Shown here piece after piece: positions 7,782 through 16,149 of a DNA stretch of 16,577 nt. This DNA comes from Thermoproteota archaeon. GTDB taxonomy: Archaea > Korarchaeota > Korarchaeia > B14-G2. Position 1 is the stretch's first letter; every line of letters begins with the position of its first letter. The notes under the pieces were generated by a model, which was not told where the DNA came from, made no database searches, and saw only the letters and a list, made by a program, of their open reading frames with translations. Position numbers and translations under genes: made by a program. The stretch lies in assembly GCA_037917675.1 (NCBI GenBank), contig JAVCBW010000052.1, positions 1-16,577 on the forward strand, written 5' to 3'.

Positions 7782-8120
7782 CTATACTCCCAGCCAAGGG
7801 AGGTAGGTACCCATGAGTTCATATATTTGATGACATCTCTCTAGACATACGAGCAGCATCATCCTGGAGATGGGGGAAGTTACCCAAAGAAAGTGATCTA
7901 GGCTTTAAAGCCACTGAACGCCTAGAGAAGCAGCTGCATTTATGTTGTGCTAGGAACCTACTGGCCTAAGCTCGTCCATAATACATTGCTCTATAAAACT
8001 GCTAACGTCTACAGCTTAAATTATTTTAGAAACTGCTATAGCTGACCTCTTGTTAGCTTTGGTTCGCTATAGACCTCATCTTGATTAAGATGCTGTGGCT
8101 TGCTGGTATAAATTAAAGAA

Positions 8121-8140
8121 ATGAAATCTTTATTTATCAG
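8121..8140 (+). promoter_or_regulatory. Putative BRE/TATA promoter of the cas10 operon
   Basis: GAAAtcTTTATTTAT lies about 32 nt upstream of the cas10 ATG, in an AT-rich intergenic region. Confidence 0.5.
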
Positions 8141-8168
8141 TGGTTTACAGGGTTTGTTATAGAGATGT

Positions 8169-10604
8169 ATGCAGGTATTAAGAGGGCTGTTTGTTCCATA
8201 TAGAGTGAAATTCATGGAGTATAGGTGGGTTCTATCTCAGGCAGAGCTCGAAGACAGCTACCTGTGGTTTAAGAGGCTTGTTGACAGCTTGCAGCCTGCT
8301 CTAAATAGGATAGATGATGAGAAGGCTCGTGTTGATCTGCTAGCTTGCCTGTTTAAGCTAGCTTACCCTGGAGAGAAGTATGCTAAAGCCTACTTAAAGA
8401 GACACCTGAAGAGGTTTCTGCCAGGTGTACTTGGGGATCCAGCTATTGAGGAGGCTTTAAGGGGGAACTTGTGGCTTATTCCAGCTGACACACGCCCTGG
8501 CATGAATACTTCATCTCTTATAGCTCACCAGCTTGCTACAGCAGCCATATCAAATGCTTTAAGCGGGGGGGAGCTGAATTTTAGGGTGGCTTGCCTCCTC
8601 CATGACATAGGGAAAGGCTACCTTGATGAAGGTGTTGAGAAGCCTTATGTCAAGCATGCTGAGAGAGGAGCCAAGGTTCTGCAGTCTAAGCTAAGTACCT
8701 TTGCTAGCGCTGCAAGCTTAGTTGAGGAGCACCATAGAGCTGAGAACATAGTGAGTAGATGTGACCGCATAGCCTCAGCTATAGATAGGCTTCTAGAGCT
8801 CATAGAGCTGGCTATAGGCAGTGAGCTGAAGGAGCTCGCGAGGGAAGCTGGCATCATCAGAGAGGAGGGCTTGACTAGGGCGCTATACATGGATAAGAGC
8901 CTCCAGTACTTCTGGGATAAGGTGCCCTTAGAGAAGCAAGCTAAGCTTTCAGAGAAATTCGTCAGAGAAGCGCACATGTATAGGGATAAGCTTACCCTCA
9001 CAGGAGAGCCCGTGAGCGGGGTTCTTCTGCTGTACGCTGACGCCAGGAGGATAAAGCGGTTCGTTGACGGGAGCAGTTACATCAGAGAGATGCGTGGTGG
9101 AAGCAAGCTTGTGAGCAAAGCTGTAGAGCGGCTTGCTCATGTTGTAAGTCAGAGGCTTGGCCCAGAGAATGTCATCGTAGCTGGCGGGGGAGTGCTCTTT
9201 GCGATAGCTAACAGGGAGGTAGCTGAAGACGTTAGGAGAGAGGCTGCTAACTGTGAGAGCGAGCTAGGCCTCTCGTTCACTGTGACAGAGGAGACCCTGC
9301 TGGATCAAGTGCCATTAGGAATCCAGTGGCAGAAGCTTGTCTCCAGGTGTGGAGTTGAAAAGCTGGACCTCACTAAGCTGAGAAAGCCTGTGATACCAGG
9401 GTCAGCTGAATTATGCTCCTCATGTGGCGAGAGGCCTGCAACAGGCTACATAAGGGAGGAGCCTGTATGCGCCCTCTGTGAGAGGAAGTATAATGAAGGC
9501 GAGTCTACTATCATGGAAATCTTACGAGCTCTTGGAGAGGTAGTTAAGCCTGGCGCCTTCGAGGGAATTTTAGACAACATTCCTGATTTCCTAGCTGGAG
9601 TGCCTCAGGAACTGCTTAAAAAGGAGCTCAGGGAGCACCCTATGGACTTGGCTGTTGTTAAGGCTGACGGGAACCTAATGGGGTGGTTTATAGGGTCTTC
9701 TGTGAGCTTAACTGAGCTCATTGAGAAGAGCAGCAGGATATATGGCGCTATGGATGCTGTTAAGCATGAGGTAATGGAGATGGCTAGGAGCTTAGGTGGC
9801 AGCTACGAGCTCAGGTTCAGGTGTGGGCGCATATACTGTGAGGGAGACGACTTCCTCTGGCTTATGCCAGCTTGGGCGTCTCTCAGGGCTGCCCTGAAGG
9901 TAGCTGAGACCTTCTATGACATGATGGGTGGTGTATGCAGCCTGTCAGTTGCTGTAGTAGCCTTTAACCCAAGGTACCCGCTTTACATGGCTATGTCGCT
10001 GGCTGAAGCCATGCTGAAGCACACTAAGGAGGTTTACAGGAGGAGGATGAGTGAGAAGCTGCCTGATGGGAGGCTAGCTGACATCGGATACATGGACTTC
10101 GAGGACCTATCCACGACTAAAGTTACAGCTAGAAGCTTCAAGGCTGTCAGAGCTAGGCAGGGGAAGACAACTGCTAGGCCATATAGGATCCCAGCTGATG
10201 GCAGGGGAGGGATCCTAGAGCTGCTTGAGATCATGCTGGGTAAGGAAAGTGAAGGCCGTAGTGTGAAGCCTAGTGATAGGGCAGCATTCATCAAGGAGCT
10301 AGCTGGAGAAAGCTGTAAGAGCAGGCTTCAGAGGATTAAGGATGCAAGGAGGATTGTAGGCAGAATGCTCAGCTACTTTAAGCTCGAGGACATCGAGACT
10401 GAAGCTAAGCTGGCTTTGATGTATGCTGCCAGGCAGCATGCTAGGGGGGTTGAGAGAGCGCAGCTCTACCTCGACTGCTTCAACCTTCTCTATCCCATGC
10501 TGTCTGAGAGCGGAGCATCCATGCTCATGGATGCCTACATAGCTTTGAGGATCTGTGGGGCAGCTGTCGACGAGGAGGTGCTGTGCATTGGAAGAGAGAA
10601 TTAG
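8169..10604 (+). CDS. cas10: Type III CRISPR large subunit Cas10 with HD nuclease and Palm domains
   Basis: PADTRPG..SSLIAH; HD motif LLHDIGK...H...EEHH...DRIAS; Palm1 ADARRIKRFV/RGGS/AGGG; Zn finger CSSC...CALC; Palm2 KADGNLMG and YCEGDD. Confidence 0.95.
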   Translation: MQVLRGLFVPYRVKFMEYRWVLSQAELEDSYLWFKRLVDSLQPALNRIDDEKARVDLLACLFKLAYPGEKYAKAYLKRHLKRFLPGVLGDPAIEEALRGNLWLIPADTRPGMNTSSLIAHQLATAAISNALSGGELNFRVACLLHDIGKGYLDEGVEKPYVKHAERGAKVLQSKLSTFASAASLVEEHHRAENIVSRCDRIASAIDRLLELIELAIGSELKELAREAGIIREEGLTRALYMDKSLQYFWDKVPLEKQAKLSEKFVREAHMYRDKLTLTGEPVSGVLLLYADARRIKRFVDGSSYIREMRGGSKLVSKAVERLAHVVSQRLGPENVIVAGGGVLFAIANREVAEDVRREAANCESELGLSFTVTEETLLDQVPLGIQWQKLVSRCGVEKLDLTKLRKPVIPGSAELCSSCGERPATGYIREEPVCALCERKYNEGESTIMEILRALGEVVKPGAFEGILDNIPDFLAGVPQELLKKELREHPMDLAVVKADGNLMGWFIGSSVSLTELIEKSSRIYGAMDAVKHEVMEMARSLGGSYELRFRCGRIYCEGDDFLWLMPAWASLRAALKVAETFYDMMGGVCSLSVAVVAFNPRYPLYMAMSLAEAMLKHTKEVYRRRMSEKLPDGRLADIGYMDFEDLSTTKVTARSFKAVRARQGKTTARPYRIPADGRGGILELLEIMLGKESEGRSVKPSDRAAFIKELAGESCKSRLQRIKDARRIVGRMLSYFKLEDIETEAKLALMYAARQHARGVERAQLYLDCFNLLYPMLSESGASMLMDAYIALRICGAAVDEEVLCIGREN

Positions 10605-11166
10605 GGCTGTAATAGAGCTTAAGCTTAAAGCGCTTACTAGACTTAGGGTTGGTAGCGGTGTATCAGAGCTGCCAACTGTAGACGCCCCCATAATAAGGTA
10701 CAGTAATGGGAGGCCTTATATCCCTGCTTCCACAATTAAAGGCAGGCTAAGGAGCATATTCTCATCACTCTACCCAGATGAAGTCAAGGAGCTCTTCGGT
10801 GACCCAGGGAAGGAGGGCAAGCTCTACTTCAGCAACGCAGACCTGGCTTCAGAGGCTAAAGTGGAGACTACTGCAGGTATAGCAATCGACAGAAGCTCCC
10901 AGGCAGTTAAGAGAGGGAGGCTCTACTTCTATGAGTACCTTCCACCTAGCTCAGAGCTCACGTGCACCATCGAGGCCACGGATGTAACCAGCACACAGCT
11001 GCTTCACCTAGTGGACTGCTTGATGAAGCTAGAGTACTACCCCATTGGTAGAGGAAGCTTCCTGAAGGCTGAGCTTAAGGTGAAGCCTGCTAGAGGAAGC
11101 TCTCTCCCAGGGAAGCTGGCTGCTAAGCTAAGGGAGGCTGATCTGCTTGGAGAGCAAGCTATATGA
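10588..11166 (+). CDS. cas7: Cas7-group RAMP (Csm3-like)
   Basis: LRVGSG...VDAPII...PYIPASTIKGRLRS...LFG...KLYFSNA...GIAIDR...LYFYE. The TTG at 10588 follows a GAGGAGGTG RBS, so the ORF-track start at 10555 is probably too early. Confidence 0.9.
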   Translation: MEERIRAVIELKLKALTRLRVGSGVSELPTVDAPIIRYSNGRPYIPASTIKGRLRSIFSSLYPDEVKELFGDPGKEGKLYFSNADLASEAKVETTAGIAIDRSSQAVKRGRLYFYEYLPPSSELTCTIEATDVTSTQLLHLVDCLMKLEYYPIGRGSFLKAELKVKPARGSSLPGKLAAKLREADLLGEQAI

Positions 11167-12349
11167 GATCTTAGCTGAAGTCAAGTCTCCACTACACATC
11201 GGAGTCGGCAGAGTATTCAGAGGCATCCTCTCAGAGAGCATGGAGTACATTCCAGCTACAGCTGTAAGAGGAGCCTTCGGACGTGAGGTATTCAGAGAGC
11301 ACTGCAAGCGTAAGGAGTGCACTCCAGACTGCGTCGAGAGAGGAAGCTGCCCATATGACCTAGCCTTCAGCGAGTATGGTGATGAAGCAGGCTTCTACTC
11401 CACACCCCTCCTACCAGCTTGCGAGAGCAGCTTAGAGCATGAGACCATGATAACCCCAAGCTACGTGGTGGAGTGCAAGCTACAAGCTAAGAACTGCAGG
11501 CTATCAAGCTTCCACAAGGAGATACTTGACAAACGCTCCTTCAATGTAGATTACAAGTGCAAGTACTGTAAATCACCCTACGTCGAGAGAGCTGGTGGAG
11601 TAGTATGCTCAACATGCAAGAAGCTAGTCTCATCCAAGATGACCCAGATCACGTCAACCAAGATATCTGAGAGCAGTGGGGCAGCCGAGGAAGCCCAGCT
11701 CTTCGTAAAAGACTACATAGCAGAAGGACAGGCGCTAAAGGGCTACATCCTGGCAACAAAGCACCCTGACCCAATAGAATACCTAGCTGAAGCAGGCGCC
11801 ATGGAGAAGAAAGGCAGCACATACACCTGGGACACACGCCTAGGTGGAGCTAAGTCAAGAGGCTATGGGAGAGTACACTTCACAATGAGAGAGATCAGCT
11901 TAAGCAGCTACCTAGAGGAGAGAGCTAGAAGAATAAAGGACAGCATGCAAGACGAGGTGCTCCTAGCTACATGCACAACCCCACTATTCACCCTGACTCT
12001 AGAGCATGGAGTGTTCACCAGCAAGCCCATGATAGAAGCAAAAGAGCTTAGAAGACACCTAGCTAGAGCCCTAGCCTCAGCCACTGGAGAGAACCTAGCA
12101 GGCTTAAAGCTAAGCGTGATAGCAGCCTCAGGAGATCCATGCTACACCTCAGGCTGGAGCAGCAAGACATCACTCAGAAGACCATACATCATGGCAGCAG
12201 CACCAGGCTCCACATTCCTACTAAAACTAGAAAACGTTACCCAAGAGGCACTCAAGGCGCTAGCTCTCCTAGAGCTCATAGGCTACTCATCTCCCCAATT
12301 CTACTCCAAGCTCGGATACGGGAAGCTAATATGCTACAAGGTGATATAG
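11147..12349 (+). CDS. csx10: Csx10-like RAMP (Cas5 group, type III-D) with Cys-rich insertions
   Basis: SPLHIG...YIPATAVRGA, a central LGGAKSRGYG loop, a second RAMP half with SGWS...RPYIMAAAPGSTF and a terminal KLGYG, plus several CxxC motifs. Confidence 0.8.
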   Translation: MESKLYEILAEVKSPLHIGVGRVFRGILSESMEYIPATAVRGAFGREVFREHCKRKECTPDCVERGSCPYDLAFSEYGDEAGFYSTPLLPACESSLEHETMITPSYVVECKLQAKNCRLSSFHKEILDKRSFNVDYKCKYCKSPYVERAGGVVCSTCKKLVSSKMTQITSTKISESSGAAEEAQLFVKDYIAEGQALKGYILATKHPDPIEYLAEAGAMEKKGSTYTWDTRLGGAKSRGYGRVHFTMREISLSSYLEERARRIKDSMQDEVLLATCTTPLFTLTLEHGVFTSKPMIEAKELRRHLARALASATGENLAGLKLSVIAASGDPCYTSGWSSKTSLRRPYIMAAAPGSTFLLKLENVTQEALKALALLELIGYSSPQFYSKLGYGKLICYKVI

Positions 12350-12350
12350 C

Positions 12351-12810
12351 TTGATAGAAAGCTGGCATATAAAGCTTGCACTCAAGATGATAGCAGAGGG
12401 AGTAAACCCAAATGCTCTGGTTGAAATCCAGAACCTCATCCTGAATGGTAGAGAAGGAGAGTGAGGCTGGCATGACAACCATAGAGAAGGGGCTCCAAAG
12501 CATCAAAAAGTACATAGAGAGCAGGCGGGAGAAATTTAATAAGCTGACGAAGGACCAGCTATTAAGCAGAGTAGACGAGGCGGCTAAGACCCTCAATACA
12601 AAGAGCTTAACAGAGGATCTAGCCCTAGTGAAGTGGATAGTGGAAGCCTTAAGTGAGCTAGAGCAGGCAGCCAGAGGCTTAAGGAAGAAGAGGGTAAGAC
12701 CACTTGACATCTGGTATAAGCTTGAAGCTTACTCTTCTCCAGAGCAGCTTAAGCTGCTCTGGGTTAGAGGAGCTAGCCTTCTTTCTAGTCGTATTGATGC
12801 TAGGAGGTGA
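12351..12810 (+). CDS. Small alpha-helical Cas protein (possible second small subunit), apparently split by a +1 frameshift
   Basis: A TTG at 12351 after an AAGGTGA RBS opens a 37-aa ORF (MIESWHIKLALKMIAEGVNPNALVEIQNLILN...; stop 12462-12464). It overlaps the 121-aa ORF 12445-12810 in the next frame. Removing one A at 12444-12445 fuses the two. Confidence 0.55.
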
Positions 12811-12814
12811 GCCC

Positions 12815-13180
12815 TTGAGTATGGATAAATCCCTCCTGAAAGAGATCCTTGATAGGTTAGCTCATACATCCTGGGTGTGTGTTAAGAAGGAGCAGGGCAT
12901 GGAGAAAGCTCAGATAAGCAACATGATAGGTGTATACAGGGCATATGGCCTTGACGTCCTAAAGGTGTTCATCATGAGACAAGTTAAGAGACGCACAATA
13001 GGTAGGGACGCTGGGCTAGCGATAATAGAGGATTTGGAACAGCTAGAGAAGAAGGCCGCGGATTTGGATGAAGCTGTAACCAGCTACTTAGGCCTACTAA
13101 GGTGGTACTACGATATACAGGAGAGTAGGGAAATTAAGGCTAGAAGCCTAGAGGAGCTGCTTAAAGCCTGGAAGAGGTGA
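12815..13180 (+). CDS. cas11: Type III small subunit Cas11 (Csm2-like)
   Basis: About 120-aa helical protein with KAQISNMI...LKVFIMRQVKR...YLGLLRWYY. It starts at TTG 12815 or ATG 12821 after a GGAGGTGA RBS and precedes the cas7 genes. Confidence 0.7.
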   Translation: MSMDKSLLKEILDRLAHTSWVCVKKEQGMEKAQISNMIGVYRAYGLDVLKVFIMRQVKRRTIGRDAGLAIIEDLEQLEKKAADLDEAVTSYLGLLRWYYDIQESREIKARSLEELLKAWKR

Positions 13181-13186
13181 TTACAG

Positions 13187-13882
13187 TTGAGCCAGGCAGA
13201 TTACGCTGACTTCAAGATAGCTCTCAGGAATCCTGTAGTGATAGAAGGCACCCTAGAGTTCACAACCCTACTCCACATAGGGGCAGGGGGAGTCCAATTA
13301 GGCTCAGATAACCCACTCTACACATGCAATGGAAGATACCTGATACCTGCTACAAGCCTTAAGGGAGCCTTCAGAAGCGAGTTTGAGAAAGTCGCTAGGG
13401 AAAGCGGGGAAAGGGTCTGCGACATAGTATCAAAGCCCTGTGAGCCAAGAGAGTGGTGCATCGTATGTGGGACATTTGGTGGGAGAGAGCTAGCATCTCA
13501 CATAAGGTTCTACGACGCGGAGCTGGAGGGGCAGCCTGAAGTAGTCTTGAAGACCGGAATAGCCATAAACAGGTTCACTAGGACAGTCCATCCAGAGAGG
13601 CTCTATAACATAGAGGCTCTAGTGAACCCAAAGTTCAAGTTTAAGGCAGTATACTACCTAGCCAGGGTAGATAACAGGTGGAAGCTGCTTACAGAAGTTC
13701 TGAAGAAGGCAGCAAGAGGAGAGCTCCAGATAGGAGGACGTAAGTCAACTGGATTCGGTATGTTCTACCTCAACTTGAGCAAGATAACTCCACCTACTGA
13801 AGAGGCAGAGGAGATAGCTAAGGCAGAAGAGGATATCAAAAAGGCATATAAGGAAGCGAGAGGTGATGAAAGCTGGCTGTAG
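13187..13882 (+). CDS. cas7: Cas7-group RAMP (Csm3/Csx7-like)
   Basis: LHIGAG...SDNP...IPATSLKGAFRS, Zn-binding cysteines (CD...C...CIVCGTFG), GIAINR and the G-loop IGGRKSTGFG. TTG start after GAGGTGA. Confidence 0.92.
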   Translation: MSQADYADFKIALRNPVVIEGTLEFTTLLHIGAGGVQLGSDNPLYTCNGRYLIPATSLKGAFRSEFEKVARESGERVCDIVSKPCEPREWCIVCGTFGGRELASHIRFYDAELEGQPEVVLKTGIAINRFTRTVHPERLYNIEALVNPKFKFKAVYYLARVDNRWKLLTEVLKKAARGELQIGGRKSTGFGMFYLNLSKITPPTEEAEEIAKAEEDIKKAYKEARGDESWL

Positions 13883-14682
13883 AGATCCGAGGAAGGATCA
13901 TAGCTGAGTCTCCAATACATGTCGGCAGCGGCCAGCAGGGAGTCTCACTCCAGCCGGTAGACAACTATGTCATCAGAAGAAGGATGTCAGATGGCTCAGA
14001 GCAGCCTTACATACCTGGAAGCAGCCTAAAAGGAGTGCTAAGGTCTACGGTTGAAAGAATACTAGCCACAAATGGGCTATACTGCTGTGACATAATAGGT
14101 CAACAAGACTGCTCAACACGCCTCTCAAGCAAGCTCTCAGGGATATCTAGAGTCAGGAAGCTTGTAGGCGAAGTTGAAAGTTTCCAGGATCTAGTTAACA
14201 AGGTCTTTAAGATCAAAGACATGGATTACAGAAGCAAAATCCAACTTCTCAAGGAGGTAGTCGATAAGACGTTCTGTGAGGCATGTAAGATATTCGGTAA
14301 CGCAGGCTATGCCTCAAGAGTCTATGTCTATGATGCCACGCCAGCAAAGAGCTCAGATGGCAAGTATGCTGTGTGGACAGGCATAAGGCCAGGCGTAGCC
14401 CTAGATAGAGAGAATGGGACAGTAGCCAGAGGCCCCTTCTTCATAGAATACATTGAGCCCGGGAGCATCTTCAACTTCAAGCTAATAGCAGACAGCTTAG
14501 AGAAGTATCAGATAGGCCTCATCCTAGAGTGCATAAACCTAATTAACAGTGGCCTAGTCCTGATAGGTGGTGTAAAAAGCCGCGGGATGGGCAAGGTTAG
14601 AATAGAGCTAGAGGCCCCAAAGGAGCGTGAGCCCTACCTAGAAGAGTGGGGGAGCTACCTTGCTAAGTCAAAGAAGCCTTAA
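13873..14682 (+). CDS. cas7: Cas7-group RAMP (Csx7/Csm3-like)
   Basis: The frame is open from 13870 and encodes LAVEIRGRIIAESPIHVGSG...VDNYVIRR upstream of the tracked ATG at 13984. It continues with PYIPGSSLKGVLRS, CEACKIFG, GVALDR and IGGVKSRGMG. Confidence 0.9.
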   Translation: MAVEIRGRIIAESPIHVGSGQQGVSLQPVDNYVIRRRMSDGSEQPYIPGSSLKGVLRSTVERILATNGLYCCDIIGQQDCSTRLSSKLSGISRVRKLVGEVESFQDLVNKVFKIKDMDYRSKIQLLKEVVDKTFCEACKIFGNAGYASRVYVYDATPAKSSDGKYAVWTGIRPGVALDRENGTVARGPFFIEYIEPGSIFNFKLIADSLEKYQIGLILECINLINSGLVLIGGVKSRGMGKVRIELEAPKEREPYLEEWGSYLAKSKKP

Positions 14683-15718
14683 GACAATAAATGTAGCCTA
14701 CACGCTGAGGACAATAGGTGTAGCCTACAGGCTGAAGTTCTGCTTAAAAGCCCTCGGTAGAATTCACGTTGGATCAGGGCTATTAAACCTGAGCTACATA
14801 ACTAGAATGAAGCTTGAAGACATACAGTGGATCCGCTCACAGAGGAAAGTAAGGTTAAAAATAATAGAGGAGGGCGTAAAGCAGCCAGAGCTCAAGGAGA
14901 GTAGGAGCTACGAGAAGATAACGCAGTCCACTCCAATAATACCAACGCAGTTCACTCCAATAATACCTGGCTCAACTCTAAAAGGCCTAGTGAGGCAGAG
15001 AATACATCATGCTATCTCATCCAAACAGAAGCCAAACATCGAACACCTAATAAGAAACATTGCTAAAAGCAGGAAAAGCTGGAGACACGTTGTCCTATAC
15101 GGCAACTGGAATCCCGACGAGAAGAAAGAAGAAGTTGAGAAGCTGTTTGGAAGCACCAGCATGCAATCAAGGGTCTACTTCTCAGATGCAGTCCCAGTAA
15201 CTGAGCCAATCACCATAGTCTACTGGAGCGGGAGAGCATACCACACAGAGCCACCTAGCATGGGGAAAGCATTTAGGTTCAACTATGTTGCCATAGAAGA
15301 GGGCACCGAGTTTGAGTTCCACATGACCTGCTTGAACACAAGCATATATGAGCTAGGGCTCCTCCTTAGAGCTCTCAACTTAAACCCCAGCAATCCATGT
15401 GAGTACAGTGACAAGCACTACATCCTGATAGGGAGAATGAAGTACAGGAAAAATCTGGCAGGTAAGCCAGTAGGAAAGTGTAGCGTGAAGCTGGTAGCTG
15501 GAGCAAAATACGTGAAGTTAAAGGAGGAAGAGATAAAGGACTTAGCCGGCTTCGCTAAGGAGGCTATAAGCCAGTCTAGAGAGCACTTCGCTGACAACAG
15601 AGTACGCTTCGCTGACAACAGAGTACTTGAAAAGCTACCTGAAGAATACCATGGGCAAACACAGGGAGACTGGAAGAAGGTACTTAACGCAGTCATCTCA
15701 GGAAGCTACCCATACTAG
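14660..15718 (+). CDS. cas7: Divergent Cas7-group RAMP with insertions (Csm5-like terminal subunit)
   Basis: IHVGSG, IIPGSTLKGLVR, LFG...SRVYFSDA, ELGLLL and a degenerate G-loop IGRMKY...VG. Confidence 0.8.
   Translation: MLSQRSLKTINVAYTLRTIGVAYRLKFCLKALGRIHVGSGLLNLSYITRMKLEDIQWIRSQRKVRLKIIEEGVKQPELKESRSYEKITQSTPIIPTQFTPIIPGSTLKGLVRQRIHHAISSKQKPNIEHLIRNIAKSRKSWRHVVLYGNWNPDEKKEEVEKLFGSTSMQSRVYFSDAVPVTEPITIVYWSGRAYHTEPPSMGKAFRFNYVAIEEGTEFEFHMTCLNTSIYELGLLLRALNLNPSNPCEYSDKHYILIGRMKYRKNLAGKPVGKCSVKLVAGAKYVKLKEEEIKDLAGFAKEAISQSREHFADNRVRFADNRVLEKLPEEYHGQTQGDWKKVLNAVISGSYPY
14681..14734 (+). repeat. In-frame 27-bp tandem duplication (KTINVAYTL/RTIGVAYRL)
   Basis: aagacaataaatgtagcctacacgctg / aggacaataggtgtagcctacaggctg, 4 mismatches. 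Confidence 0.85.
14920..14967 (+). repeat. In-frame 24-bp tandem duplication (TQSTPIIP/TQFTPIIP)
   Basis: aacgcagtccactccaataatacc / aacgcagttcactccaataatacc, 1 mismatch. Confidence 0.9.
15586..15626 (+). repeat. In-frame tandem duplication with 21-bp period (FADNRV twice)
   Basis: cttcgctgacaacagagtac occurs exactly at 15586-15605 and 15607-15626. Confidence 0.9.
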
Positions 15719-15726
15719 GTGGGAGA

Positions 15727-16011
15727 TTGCTTAGAAAGCTAGCTGAGGAGGCTGGGCTAAAGGCTACACACGTGATAATCTGGAAGAAAGATGGAGCAGA
15801 GTATCTGAAGAAAATAAATGATGTAGTTGACGAGGACCTAGAGGAAGCATACGGAGGCTACATACTAGCTCAAGACAAGGCAGTAGCCTGGATCCTCAGA
15901 TGTGGAGAAGTAAAGACAGAAGAACCAAGGAAAGCTACTCAAGCAAATCCACATAAAGCAGTCCCGACACAGAAGCTAGAGCTAAATAAAGTAGCCATCC
16001 CAGAGCCATAG
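15727..16011 (+). CDS. Small beta-rich protein closing the operon, Csx19-like (possibly 3'-degraded)
   Basis: TTG start after GGTGGGAG, 8 nt after the upstream stop. HVIIW...GGYIL...AVAWIL pattern and terminal position fit type III-D csx19, but the match rests on position and resemblance only. Confidence 0.45.
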   Translation: MLRKLAEEAGLKATHVIIWKKDGAEYLKKINDVVDEDLEEAYGGYILAQDKAVAWILRCGEVKTEEPRKATQANPHKAVPTQKLELNKVAIPEP

Positions 16012-16149
16012 CCTACAGCAGTCATCCCACAGCCTACAACATAGCAGCAAGCCAGCAGCATCCACAGAGAAGCAGATACTGCTAGCAGCCACAAGCTCAA
16101 CGCCTCCTAGAGCACCACTGAATCTGAACACTTGCGCACATGGCCTTTA

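Noticed and set aside
8645-12710. Antisense and alternate-frame ORFs inside the cas operon (e.g. 8645-9001, 10299-10691, 12276-12710)
   Set aside because: They overlap motif-bearing cas genes and have the Ser/Leu-rich composition typical of shadow frames.
14681-14734. DGR-type template/variable repeat, since 3 of 4 mismatches are A-to-G
   Set aside because: Only 27 bp, directly tandem, and no reverse transcriptase is present in the window.
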